DNA of 34,736 bases, taken from NCBI GenBank assembly GCA_002104905.1, contig MCFE01000800.1, forward strand, positions 1-34,736, in the 5' to 3' direction. Source of the DNA: Basidiobolus meristosporus CBS 931.73. Lineage: Eukaryota; Fungi; Basidiobolomycota. Position numbers and translations under genes: made by a program. Shown piece by piece: positions 11,651 to 23,181 of the stretch; position 1 is the stretch's first letter, and each line of letters begins with the position of its first letter. The notes under the pieces were generated by a model. The model ran no database searches. It worked only from the letters and a program-made list of their open reading frames with translations, and was not told the DNA's origin.

Positions 11651-12624
11651 AATCCACCTGCAGGAGCAATTAATCTTATATAGGGGAGTTGAGGTCATAT
11701 ATAGACTAAATAGAGTGGCAGCTATAGCTGTATGCAAAGTCATCAATAGATTAAGGTATTTCTGGACTTCTCATAGTGACAGCACTTGCGGGTTGCATGT
11801 CTGGTATGAAACAAGATTTCCCATTCTTCTGTAAGCTGCAATATATGTGTTAGTATGTAATCCACAGTAATGCTTCAGGATACCATCAGCAGCTTCTTTT
11901 TGTGTAGGTCACGCACATCAGCTTGGGGTCCTTGGGTCATTGGGTAGGGCTTAAACTACCAGGGTGAATAGGACACTGTATTAGTATCAATAGGCTTTCA
12001 ACTGATGTCTTTAAGAGTCCCATCACCTTGTCATTAAAGGCAAAATTCTATTCCTAAATTTACTAGATTTCTTTGAAGCATAAAATTACTTTTGTTACTA
12101 GGTTTCCATTGCTAATGATGTGTTACCAAGGTCTCTGAGCTGTAAGATGCTTATCTTCCAGTGCTTTTTCTGGGAGTCTGATTTAATCAGATGGCTAGGA
12201 TTCATGAGTCAAAGCTGAAAGCAACTGTTCAATCTTCTATACAGCTGCCTTGTATTTTGTTCACTCTATAGCTATTTGATGTGCCATACCAGATGTGCAG
12301 CACCATATGTGAGAATACATGTTGTCAGGTTAATCATCTTCTTCTGTGGCAATATGATTCTTCTTGTAAGCAGTATGTGTCCTTTTATTACAAGGTATTG
12401 CATCACAAATGGCTGACTATAATCCTGAGCTGGACCCTTGTAGAATATACCCTACTGACCACCTAAGATGGTTGGTGGTTGTAACCCCAGTACTGGTCTT
12501 CTATGGTCTACCCAGCAGAAGGTTAAAGATTGCTTTTGACAGGTGAGGATGGGTGTCAAGACCTTGATTACTTGTATCTCAATAGGGAGCTAGTGCACTA
12601 TACCATAAAGTGGAGAAGATTCTG

Positions 12625-13230
12625 AGTTTAGTTGGATCAGTTTTTAGTCCAGTCAATTAGTTTTATGTTTAGTCTATTGTCATATCAGTATTGACTATCA
12701 TATCAGTAGTATTAGTCTGCAGATGAATCAGCTGATTCTTATCTGACAAAAATAGATATACTAAGTAATGTTTGAATGGGGGATGTTGATGCAATCAAAT
12801 GAGTCACCAGACACAACCTCAATAGGGAAATTCAATCAGTCAGCAATTGAACTGGCAAAATGTATACAAGGAGCTGCTGGAACCTCAATAAAGATCAGTT
12901 CAAGTTTCAATATATACATGCTAGCTAAGCTCCCTCTTCCTCTACAACTCTTATATCACAATTTGTAGCATTAGTAGCAATCAGCAGCCTCCCTCTTAAA
13001 GGAAGAGGTTGCCTCCCTCAAGATGTCAGAAAATAGAGTATAGAGCAATGCTTGCAGCAAATGCTGACCCAACAGAAACAGTTACTCCAGATCCTCAGCC
13101 AACAGCAGCAAGGAATGACTAGCATGGCCCTGAACCAGCAAAGCCCTGTCAAGAGCAACATTGATGTCAAGGTCAACTGGTACCATAGTGAAGCCAGTGA
13201 AGAGATGGAAACTTGGCTCTTTCAAATCAA
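12625..13230 (+). mobile_element. Gypsy-type family D 5' end: LTR (about 12625-12970), leader and gag start
   Basis: LTR homologous to the split solo LTR 4779-9836, ending TTGTAGCA. It is followed by a gag-like frame …VKVNWYHSEASEEMETWLFQIKESFKAQ. Left boundary approximate. Confidence 0.65.
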
Positions 13231-13409
13231 AGAATCTTTTAAGGCTCAGAAAGTATATTGCATTATGCAGGTTGTTTCCTGGCAGACAGCTTTACAATTG
13301 TATCACAAGAACATCAGGCTAGCCACTATGATGGGAAGCTCAGTTATCTCTACCTGGCATAGGCTTGTGCTGGAAATTCAGGATGCTTGAGAGCCCCAAA
13401 TATTATTTA

Positions 13410-13594
13410 GGTGGAAGCTGAATACATGGTACTGGTTGGTCTTCACACAAAAGTTGCTCTTGGCCAGACTTTGCTGGTCTTGGGCCATGATGGTCATTCC
13501 TTGTTGCTGCTGGCCAAAGATCTGGAGTAACTGTGTCTGTAGGGCTATGATTTGCTGCATATGATTTTTCTATTCTTGATTTTTTGACATTTTG
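13410..13594 (-). pseudogene. Second family D gag start, inverted relative to 13023-13230
   Basis: MQQIIALQTQLLQIFGQQQQGMTIMAQDQQS…VKTNQYH aligns with MQQMLTQQKQLLQILSQQQQGMTSMALNQQS…VKVNWYH. Confidence 0.7.
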
Positions 13595-16500
13595 TCCTAT
13601 GAAAATTTATTTGGTCCCACATGTGGATGCAATCCAGATCAGCTGTGAAGATACCATCAGGAGACTGTTATAATACTAGCAACTTGGAATCTATGATTGT
13701 CTAATAATCTTATGATAGGATCACAACAGTGTTTGGTTAATTTTACTCCCAAACAAACCTAAAAACATAATGTTGTTTATTCAGTATTTTGCCATGGGTG
13801 GCATGGCATTGTTGTGGTCTCCATGCACTCTGCAACTATTTCAGTGGATCTAACTGGTGAGTACATCCAATTGCCTTATTTAGCATAACATGATGGTGTT
13901 TTGACTGCCTCATTGCAGGCCTCTGATGGCATTATTGTGGCAGTATGGTGGCCTACAGCTAGTTCTGTGCAATGCTACCGCACAAATATGCCAAGTTGTA
14001 TTTCCTTTCTCTACCTCCCTTGTGCAATTCATATATATTTCACTCTATAATTACCCCTCTTTATTTACTTGCCCACTACTACCTTGGGTATTACACACAT
14101 AGATTGAATCAAGGAATACTATAGCCTCATGCTTACTAACCTCTAGAAATGTGAACAACTGCTGCAACAGACATATTTCTATCACCTCAACTTGACAACT
14201 TTTTATTATGATACTTGCAAAGTTGCCATATGTGGGTTATTACTGACTGTACTTGGTGAGTGGGACAGCTTGTAGGTCAAGTCAGTACCACTTGGTTCAG
14301 AATAGCTTTCAATAGAAGGTAGCAAGGTAATAAAGACTTGTGTTTATTCCATCCAAATTCTCTTGTTCTCTCACTTGGCTCAATTGGGTAGATGTATATA
14401 TCACTTTGGGGGGCTTAGATAATAGACAATGTGTTATTAATTAGGGGTGTGAACACCTTCCTGTTATGGTAAGTGCTCTAACTAGATAAGGGCAGGGATA
14501 GTTGGGAGGGCACATGGGGGAATCATATGGAGGATACTGGGGGACTTTGGGTAGGACTCTGGGGAGAACACTTGGGCAAAGAGTGGGTACTGCATTCAGT
14601 GCTCACACCATATACTTTTTATTGCTGGTAACATATACATCTTGCAAACATATGCTTGGCTGCTGCCACTTCTGCCCTGAGTACCTCATGAATATCTTTA
14701 ATGAACCTTTTGGTATTGAGCCAATATATCCTGTCTCCCTGCGGAATTTTAGTCATCTTTATAGGTGCACTCTAGCTCTTGTTTTTGTGAAATCTGTACT
14801 GAATGGTGTAAAATTGGCCTGTGACCAAGAAAAGTCCAGCATACCTTAGTAGAGTTTTCCTAATAAAACTAGTTGCTTGTTGCACCCAACCTGACTGTGC
14901 ATTACAAAGCTGATTACCCACTCATTGTACAGGTATAGGTGTCTCCATGAGCACATCTGTCCTCAGTATTTTCCAACACTTCCTGGCTGTCCTGTATGTG
15001 CCAACTCATCAGATCTATCACAAACTTGACGGTAATATTCTTGATGAGATTGGGATATGGAAGTGACTGCAACTTGACTTCTCTTCCTATCTTGCCACAC
15101 ATCTGCTCCATAGGAAATTCTCAAGAGGTGAAGCAAGGCCAGATATTCTTGACACATCAAGTAAGATGGAGTAACAAATGGATACAGTTGCAGCAGAGAT
15201 CTATGTGCTCAGCATTATGTTTGAAGTATAACAGCTTCAATCCCATCACATACTACTTGCACAAAAGCTGTAGATTCATCAAGTTGGCATTGGTGATCTG
15301 CTTCCAGATAACTTGTCCATATTTACACATATGACTCCCAATGCTTCCAGTGTACTCATTGTAGAAAAGGGTTTGAAGACCGCTTGAATAAAAACATGTT
15401 CAGTTCAGCTAGTCCTTGCACTTGTGTTGTTGCATATGTATATGATGCTGAAATATTGGACTATTTGGTATTATTCAGCAGCTAGAAGCTTACTTATCAA
15501 TCCTAGACTAGTCTTGGTCACTGTAGGACCAATATGCAGCCCCAACTTTACCAGTATCTTCAGCTCTATGGTCCTATGATCATTCCCTGATAGTCAAGAT
15601 CAAATAAACACTTCTTACCAAGCATTATGTATTAGCCCTGAAACTGCTACAGAATGCTCCTGAGTGTTAAGAAACCCTCCTTACTTGGTGTTACAGTTGT
15701 ATTACTTCTACAAAGGTATAATTACTGACCCTCTTTATGAATAAACAATAGGTCAACTATCATTACTATTTATTAATAAGTTCATTATGTCCAGTCACTT
15801 CTTGAATTGCTGCATATGAATGTTTATTGGAGCCTATGAAAAGTACCTAGGGTACTGGGTACTCTTTAAATCTTGCTATTTCTTTCATATTTCTCCAGTA
15901 TCTCAAAGGGCTCATTTGGCTTGAGATGCTCCATGAACAACTTGGTCATCAGTATAGGGATAATGTTGAAAAGCAAATACATTGCTCCTAGTGGAAAGCT
16001 TTTGTTCCAAAAGAAAACCTCTATCTTAAGTATCTCTGGTTTCCAATTGATTTCATATTCCAGCCAAAGGCTTATAGCTTGCCAACTTTGCTGCAATTGT
16101 ATGTTGAATTCTGTATGTTCTCTCTGCAGGAAGATGACATTCTTGGTGTTGGTGGTTGGGTAATAATAATGTGTGTGCACTGTGGTGTAAGTCCCCTGGA
16201 TTTTGCACATCTGATAGCAATACCATCCATTGTGCTCAGAAAAAGCTGGCTATCTTGCTCATGGTAGGGGTATCTCCAATGCAGATAATAGTATGAACTT
16301 TTACATGATGGCCATTATCTGTTATCCCACTGGAAAGCAAGCAAAAGTCATCCAGCAATGGACACAGGTAGCTATCCAGGTTGGACAGTTATTTAGGCCC
16401 AGATACCAGCAAAACTACCATCAGATTTCTGCTCTGATACCATAAGATGGGCAGCATATCCAGGTTGATGAGAATCAGTGGCCAGCAGGACTAGCTGGTA

Positions 16501-16640
16501 GTATACTTGCTCATTGTGAATCCAACAAGTGCCAAGGCAGAGGCATGGTCATACACACCCTTAAAGTAGCCCTTGCTCTTAGCTGTTTGTAATGTTTGCC
16601 ATCAAGTATATAGATATGCATACCCTTGATCAATACTGAG
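13595..16640 (-). mobile_element. CACTA/CMC copy A (right end plus transposase; left part missing)
   Basis: Terminus TCCTATGAAAATTTATTTGGTCCCAC at 13595; inverted homology to about 27870-30296. Minus-strand motifs DGKHYKQL…WPLILINL…SGPK…LDSYL…IGDTP, FPLGAMYLLFNIIP and HLLLHL…FPMEQMCG…PYPNL are recognisable as Transposase_21 and DUF4218-type motifs. Confidence 0.9.
15446..15814 (+). mobile_element. Copia solo LTR (369 bp, relative of the 4951 element) inside the CACTA transposase
   Basis: TGCTGAAATA…ATTGCTGCA, 5-bp TSD TATGA (15441-15445, 15815-15819); colinear with LTR 4951-5319. Confidence 0.93.
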
Positions 16641-16689
16641 TGTGGTACTATATTGCTTCATAATACTTCTTGGACTGCATGGGCTTTAT

Positions 16690-16845
16690 TTGATGGGTAT
16701 TACTCCAATATATTGGGAATATTGCTATCATCTCAGTCCTGGATGTGACAGGCTGGCACATGGATACAGCCAGGAAAAGTTGGAAAACAGTGGGCACCAG
16801 TATGCACATGATGACACCTATATCTTTGTAATATGCCTGTTGTGA
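16690..16845 (+). repeat. Short CACTA transposase 3' fragment, opposite orientation to copy A
   Basis: GGCACATGGATACAGCCAGGAAAAGTTGGAAAAC…GACACCTATA matches 29439-29510 (+) and 14935-15010 (-). Confidence 0.6.
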
Positions 16846-16849
16846 TATC

Positions 16850-18966
16850 AGATTTAGCAAAGTTTGACTGTGCTGTGGTTTGTTTCCATTGGGGTAGCTG
16901 CTGGTGTACATTCTTACATTTGGTAGCTTCTTATAAATCCTAAATATACTTGGACTGTGTGATAATAGGAGCTGGGGTACTCCTGTCTATTGGTAGCTCT
17001 ATCCCTAATTAGTAACTGAGTATTCCTAGGTTGTACTATTTTGAGTCCATTCAAAGGCTAGAGTTACTCTTTGCCAATGCTCTTTTGCAGCTCAACAAAT
17101 GTTTTGGATACAAGGAGCTTATCAGTATACATTTGCAATACTAAAACTATTGTGCACTTATAAGGGGGCATAGTAATTACATCTTTTTGGAGGAAATACA
17201 AATTTGATGCTGAGTTAGGAGAGTTTCTCAATCATCAGTAGCACTCTGTGACAATGTTAGGACTACTATAAAATGTTTGGTAAGTATACTGATTTGATCT
17301 TGACAGTGGAGCATTCATGTTAAAACATTGGACTACCCAGTGTGGTGGGGTGACAGTAACACCCGCTGACAGATGTGCTCATTCCCTTATTTTCTACTTC
17401 CCTATATCTCTACTACACTTATTTTAGTTTTATCCCATTTGTCTTACCTGATCAGTACTATCCCATGAGTTGACTATTACACCTGCTTACCTTAATGCAT
17501 AAGTTACCCCTCACTTTATGTAAGATTACTAGCTATAAGTGCTTCTATATCAGGCAAGTACCCGTGCCAGTACCTGTGACACATGATCAACCCATGTCAC
17601 CATCCCTACCATTTCCATACCATATATGGTATCCCTATGTTACACAGGTTTCAGAATACTGATTCCTGATTGGTTGGATGTGCTGTGCCTCTTAGAACCT
17701 TCTGGCACCTACTTAGAACATTCTTAGGTCACTCTGATGTCATCAAGATTTCTACTGATATCCGGAACCTTCTAGAACACCATGATTAGTAATCACTTAG
17801 CCAGTAAGAAAAGTATATAAGGGAGGCTATCCCTCAACAATAAATCATCATCCCTTTTATCAATATACTAACTTGTTGATTACTGTGATCACTGCTACCT
17901 GCTGCTACCTGAACTTCCAACCCCAGACCACAGGACACTCCCAGGAAACCATGCTGACAGCCAACTGACCTTGGAGGCACTACTTGTGAGGAATACTCAG
18001 AGTAGGTATCTTTTATTATATTGGATTCTTTGCCAAGTTTGTTCTTGTACAGGCAAAGATACTTTTCTGTCTTTGTAACTATTGACCACAGCTGCATTCT
18101 TATCAAGTCCCTGCTGGTGGAGTTTACAGCTGTTTTGACTTTGGAAGCTTTAGTACATTGTCATCTCAAAGGACGCTGAACCCAGCATATACTTTTGTTA
18201 AGACGCCAACTAAGTTGGGGATTGTAGTCTAATAGTTTTCCCTTGACAAGCTTGTGGCTTTATTCCCCTTCACATTAGATTAGAGACAGAACCCAGGTAT
18301 TCCTAGCAAGCTTTTGCCAGAGGTTATTGCACCCAGTGATCACCCCACACACAAAACACTTGAGAAGTGTTGGATGTATCTCTCCCTTGGACCTATACAC
18401 CACCACACCAGCATCTTTCATCAGTTAACAATTTACTATATCACTAGGCAGTTACTGAATTCTCCTAGATTGAATATCTAAACTCCTCAGATAAGCTGGA
18501 ATTAGTTTCTTCCAAGGTTTTTTGGGTATTGCTGGCTATGATATGAGTATTTAAATACAGAGCTGATAAAGCCAGTCAATGAGAGATACTATAGTCAGCA
18601 GTATTCCTCTGTGAGTTATCAGACTCCAAAAAAATAAATTCTGCCAACTCCAGCTCTTGATGATTCATTAGACCATACAAAGATTCTTGAGCCTGCTGAC
18701 AAAATGAGGGTTATCTTAGTCTTCAAGCCCATCTGACTAGTCAATGTATTCAATACCATTTAGTTTTCCATCAACAAATGCAGCCTTCACATCAATCTAA
18801 TCTATAAAAAGCTTATATTTTCCTGTAATTGTCAATGATAGTCAGTCAGAAATAAGCTCAGCTACCTGTATAAAGGTCTCAGCATATTCAAGTCCCTTGG
18901 TTTGCAAGTATTGTTTGCCTCTAGTGTTGCTATGTATCTTTCAGCTGAACCAATAGACTTGTACCT
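16850..18966 (-). pseudogene. Highly decayed copia RT remnant split by the solo LTR at 17341-18407
   Basis: Minus-strand traces of RYxAxLxA, DVKAAF, SQSKYI and PAATPME-like motifs. Confidence 0.6.
17341..18407 (+). mobile_element. Solo LTR (TGTGGTGGGG…CACCACCACA family), 1067 bp
   Basis: Inverted termini, perfect 4-bp TSD CCAG (17337-17340, 18408-18411), TATATAA at 17814, AATAAA at 17839; homologous to 2878-3675. Confidence 0.88.
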
Positions 18967-19448
18967 TGTTATATGCTTGGCATGAGTAGAATCTAGAATG
19001 TATTGTTGAGTTCTTAATTTGCTGAGACACAATCCTAATTTGTTGAGTCACACATTAAACCCAAAGGTTCAGTAAGCTTTATTTATACTTTTTTGATCAA
19101 GTTGAGTTAGTAACCACCAAGAGACTGGACTAACTGAAATCTGTTGGGTTGTTGATAGATACAAAGGATGAATGAAAAATTGTATCAGTAATCAGCTAAT
19201 GTCTTGGCAACTGCTAAGTGGTTAGATAGTTCTCAGATGACTAATCACTTGGAAAGGCTTAGCAAATCAGTTGAGGACATATTGACCACATGAGAATTGA
19301 CTAGGTGTGACAGCTAAAAGTAGATTCTGAGAAGTAATAAATAAACCACAACTAGGATTAGTTATGTTTGGGCTAGGAAAAATCATTTAGGGTACTAGGT
19401 TTTCTAACAAAGTAGAATTGGCTAAGTTTGAAATGTTGATGCACAACA
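18967..19448 (-). repeat. Chromovirus 3' LTR
   Basis: Plus-strand TGTTATATGC…GCACAACA; homologous to 23182-23514 plus 24252-24401. Confidence 0.85.
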
Positions 19449-19460
19449 TCACTTCCTCCC
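19449..19460 (-). promoter_or_regulatory. Chromovirus polypurine tract
   Basis: Minus strand GGGAGGAAGTGA immediately before the LTR TGTTG. Confidence 0.75.
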
Positions 19461-19499
19461 AGAAGAAGAGTTTCCTCATACCTTATGGGTTCCCCTGTG

Positions 19500-22400
19500 G
19501 CTCCATTACTGATCAATGATGGCTACATCCTCAAAGTTGGTGTAAGGTTCCCAGGTGTTGTGTTTGGCATCATAACCTTTTCACTTGACTTAATAAAGTT
19601 AATATGGTTCTTCTCCATCATAGTTTACAATAGCTTCAACTTCATAGGATTCAGAAGTAACTGACTCTTGAGATACAAGCTTGAGTGAAGAAGGTGGAAT
19701 GTTCTTAGGTAGCAGTGCCCAAGTATTGTCCTGAGTACATAAGATCCTCCAGTGGCATATCTGACAAACTTGCATGAGCCTTTGTGTTTGGGGTCAAGTT
19801 CAGATTGTTGGATTGGATCCAATATCATAACATACAACTCATTAGGGAAGCTAATGTTCCTGTGTCTTGAGGTGTATGTTAAAGTCATCTTTTGCTGTGA
19901 GACTTTACTTCTGGTGCTGATAGCATGGTTGATAATGTTGATAAGGTACTCAAATCTGTTGTTTAGCTTGTCTGTATTCAAACTTGCTAATTCAGTTTTC
20001 TGGTAGTCTCCAAAGTGGTTGTATCTTCTTCCAAACATTAAAGAAAATGGCATTGATCTATGTAGAGCAGCAATTTTGGTGCTGGTTGCATACTATAGAG
20101 TGGGAATATACTTGTCCCAATTTTTCTTGATATCTTTGCTAGATTTTTTGATGATGTTCATTGAGGTCTTAACATATCTTTCAGCAAGTCCATTAGCTTT
20201 GGGATGATATGGAGGGATCAGACAGTGATCAATGGTTCTATTCTGGCAAAGGGCTCTGATCACATGACTTACAAATTCTGCTCCATTATCCAATTGAATG
20301 ACCTTAGGGATTCCAAAAAGGCAAGAGAGCTTGAATAGCACTTTTGCAATAGTGGCAGCATACTTGTCTGGGATAACTTTGAGCAAGACAAAATTTTTGC
20401 AGACATCCACAATTACAATGAGGTAATAATTAACATCATCACTAGCAATGAAGGGTTCAGCTAGATCAATTGCAACATGATCCATAGTAGGGCTTGTGTG
20501 GATGGGACTCAAAGGATCATATCCATGACTGCTGATATTGTAAAGTGGACATTTGCTACAAAACATGACAAACTGTAGGCAGTCAGCTTTGATATTTGTT
20601 CAGTGATATCCATCAAGGTGTATCTTCTTCATATGTGTGTCAGCTTCAAAGTGATGAAGCAAATGACTCCGCTCCATCAATGTTTTCCTTTCATTAGCAT
20701 GTGGGGTTTTCTAAGTTGCTGAATCCAGTTGAGGAATTATTTTGGAAGTTGAAGTGAGCTCACTGATTATGTCAGTAATTACATGTCCCTCCCAGGCAGA
20801 GGTTGTGAAAAGTCCTGAAAGATGGTCAGGCAGGATGTTGATAATCCCTTGGCAATGAACAACTCTATATCCATAATCAAGCAGGATATCAAGCCAGTTG
20901 GACAGCATTGGAGTTAGGGTCTTTTGAGTGTGGATATATAGAAGGCCTTGGTGGTCTGTGTACAAGGTAAAAGGGTTACTCCATTGAGACTGGTGAAGCT
21001 TCTTCAAGGCAAAGACAATGACAAGTAGCTTCTTGAGGGCATAGTACTTTCTCTCAGCAGCTTGTGGGGATCTGGCTTGAAAAGAGGTCCAGTAAGGCAG
21101 ATTTTGGTTCTCATCCAGGTATAGGACAGCTCCTTACCCAACATTGGATGCATCTGTAGTAACAACAAAGGGCTTAGTAAAGTCTGGGTAGGTGATGGTG
21201 GGTGCTTGTGGAAGCAGTTAGGGTGACTCACTAGGTGGTGTTTCTAGAGTAACAATAGATTTTGGAATTGTGCAGAAACTGTTTGTTGGAATGGCTTGGT
21301 TTCTCTCTATGGCTGGCTGAATATCCAATATGACTGATTGAGAATATGCTTAAAAGTTGGGGCTGACTCCTCCCCTTCCAGTTGAGGTAAGATAACTTCT
21401 GGAGTCTGATCCATTTTGGGTGGCTGAGGTTTAGTGATTCCAGGATAGGAAGCTGGTAGTCTGCCTGTGTGATAACCAAGTTTGGTGAATGTGTCTAGAC
21501 TAATGACTACCTGAAGTCCATCTGGAATGTCAATACTTCCATTGGGTGAAATATAGCTGTTGAAGCACAATGTGTGCTGATGGTATTGGTGATACCAACT
21601 CTTGGGGCTGAGAGGTCCTTAGCTGCAAGTGTGATTTTTCCTGGTTGCTTTTATATTTCCAATTTGAGTTCATTAACTACATTAGGTTATACAATAGAGT
21701 TAGATAACCCAGTATCCAGAAGTGTCATATATGATTAGCTGTTGAGTTTGAGTGGCACCACTTTGGCTTTTAGCTGCATGATTGGGTACTTCTTTTCTTG
21801 AACAGTTGCAATTTTAGCCAGAAATTCAATGAGGTTGTGATAATCCTAAACTGTGAGTTCTTCATATGCTTCCTCATACCCTTTGATATCACTAGTTGAA
21901 TCATCATCAAGGATCTGAGTAGTTTTTACCAGTAGTGTAGAGTTCTTCTCAGGACAGACAGGTGATCTATATACTATCTTTCTGCATTCAAAGCATTTGT
22001 CATCAGCATATTTATTATTAATTTTGGTGTTTTGCTGCTTCCCTAAGGTGTTTCCTGACTTGTTTGACTGCCTGGTGATGCCTTTGCATTCACTGGTAGA
22101 ATGATAGCATCTTTCACAAAGTTCCCAATGCTTGATAGCAGTTGACTTCTTCTTGGTCACATAACTGTACTCATTCCTGGTGATTGCTGCATCTTGAGTG
22201 GAGTGCCTGAAGCCAGGCTAACAGCTGCAGTCATGGTGATGGCAAGTGTACATATCTCTAGGATCTTGTCATAAATACATGCAGGGTTGTATGCTTTGAC
22301 AATAGCAATATTGCTCTGTGGCTGATGTGAAAAGTTTCAAAGAAAATGCAAAGTCAGCAATGAATTATCATCACTAACTCCTGCTAATCTCATTTGTTTT

Positions 22401-22714
22401 TGGAATCTATCACAGAAGTGTTGCACAGACTCACCTTTTTGCATCTTAGTTTTCCATAAGTTGCAGTTCTGATGTGCTTTCTTGAAGGGATCTTCAAAAT
22501 GGCCGTAAAAGTAGTTTTGGGCAACTTTCCATGTAATATTGGAAGGAATGTTCACTTTGACCCAGTCAGCATCCTGCATGGTGAGACAGAGAGGCAGAAG
22601 CTTAGCCCAATTGGTGTCAGGGTCTAGCTGGTGTGCAGCTAATATGTGACTAAACTTGTAAAGAAACTCACTAAGATTCTTAATTGCATTGGCTCCTTCA
22701 GCATAAAGAGGCAA
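19500..22714 (-). pseudogene. Gypsy gag-pol remnants: gag (21846-22714), protease (about 21700), RT N-terminus only, RNase H (20711-21200), integrase (19625-20660), chromodomain (about 19502-19660)
   Basis: LAAHQLDPDTNWAKLLPLCL; LDTG; FTLYTDHQGL…NILPDHLSGLF; DHVAIDLA…IQLDNGAEF…PYHPKANGLAER; SYEVEAIVN…VK*KGYDAKHNTWEPYTNF. Many stops. Confidence 0.9.
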
Positions 22715-23181
22715 GGATCTTAGTACAATTCATGCTAGCTAGATATAACTTGAAGGAGTCATCTCTACAATGACTGTCAGATCTTATATGGGCAAGATTT
22801 GACTGCTCAAGTATTAAGGTGTTTCTTTCAGGCACAATGTTTTTACACTGCTCAGTAAACTCTTGCTGATTTCTTTGAGCTTCTTCCAACATAGAGAGAT
22901 TTGGATGGTTAATGCTGAGGACATCTTGTCAAGTGGCTCAATGTAATGGAATTCAACAAAAAAAACTGTGTATTCAAGAGAAAGGTGTAATAAAGCTCTT
23001 GAATGGTTTAACTGAGCCAAAGTGACAACTAAGTGCAGAATCTTGGAGTTGTCAGAGAGTGGCAGAAATATTTGCAGAGAGGTTCTGGTCTAATATTGGT
23101 CTTGTATATAGCATGGTTTGGCTACACATGTCCCAGGGTGGGTTTACTATGCAGGCTAGGCTTGGTGCTCTTGGGAATGCT

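Noticed and set aside
11650-12620. Unassigned sequence, with faint zinc-finger/integrase-like Cys and His spacing on the minus strand near 12280-12520
   Set aside because: I could not build a convincing frame or find a second copy in the window, so it is left unannotated.
12971-12990. TTAGTAGCAATC after the family D LTR as a degenerate TGGTAGC-type PBS
   Set aside because: The position is right but the match is too short and mutated to assign a tRNA.
14539-14580. Short spaced repeats as a CRISPR-like array or a GRTL peptide repeat protein (ORF 14502..14849)
   Set aside because: The units are about 12 bp, imperfect and without unique spacers, the context is eukaryotic, and the ORF continues into the antisense strand of CACTA sequence.
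19004-19448. Reading this LTR family as copia LTRs starting at TGTTG (19004/23218)
   Set aside because: Homology between the two copies extends about 37 bp further left, the lengths agree at 482/483 bp, and a PPT plus chromodomain integrase adjoin the left copy, so they are better explained as the gypsy element's LTRs.
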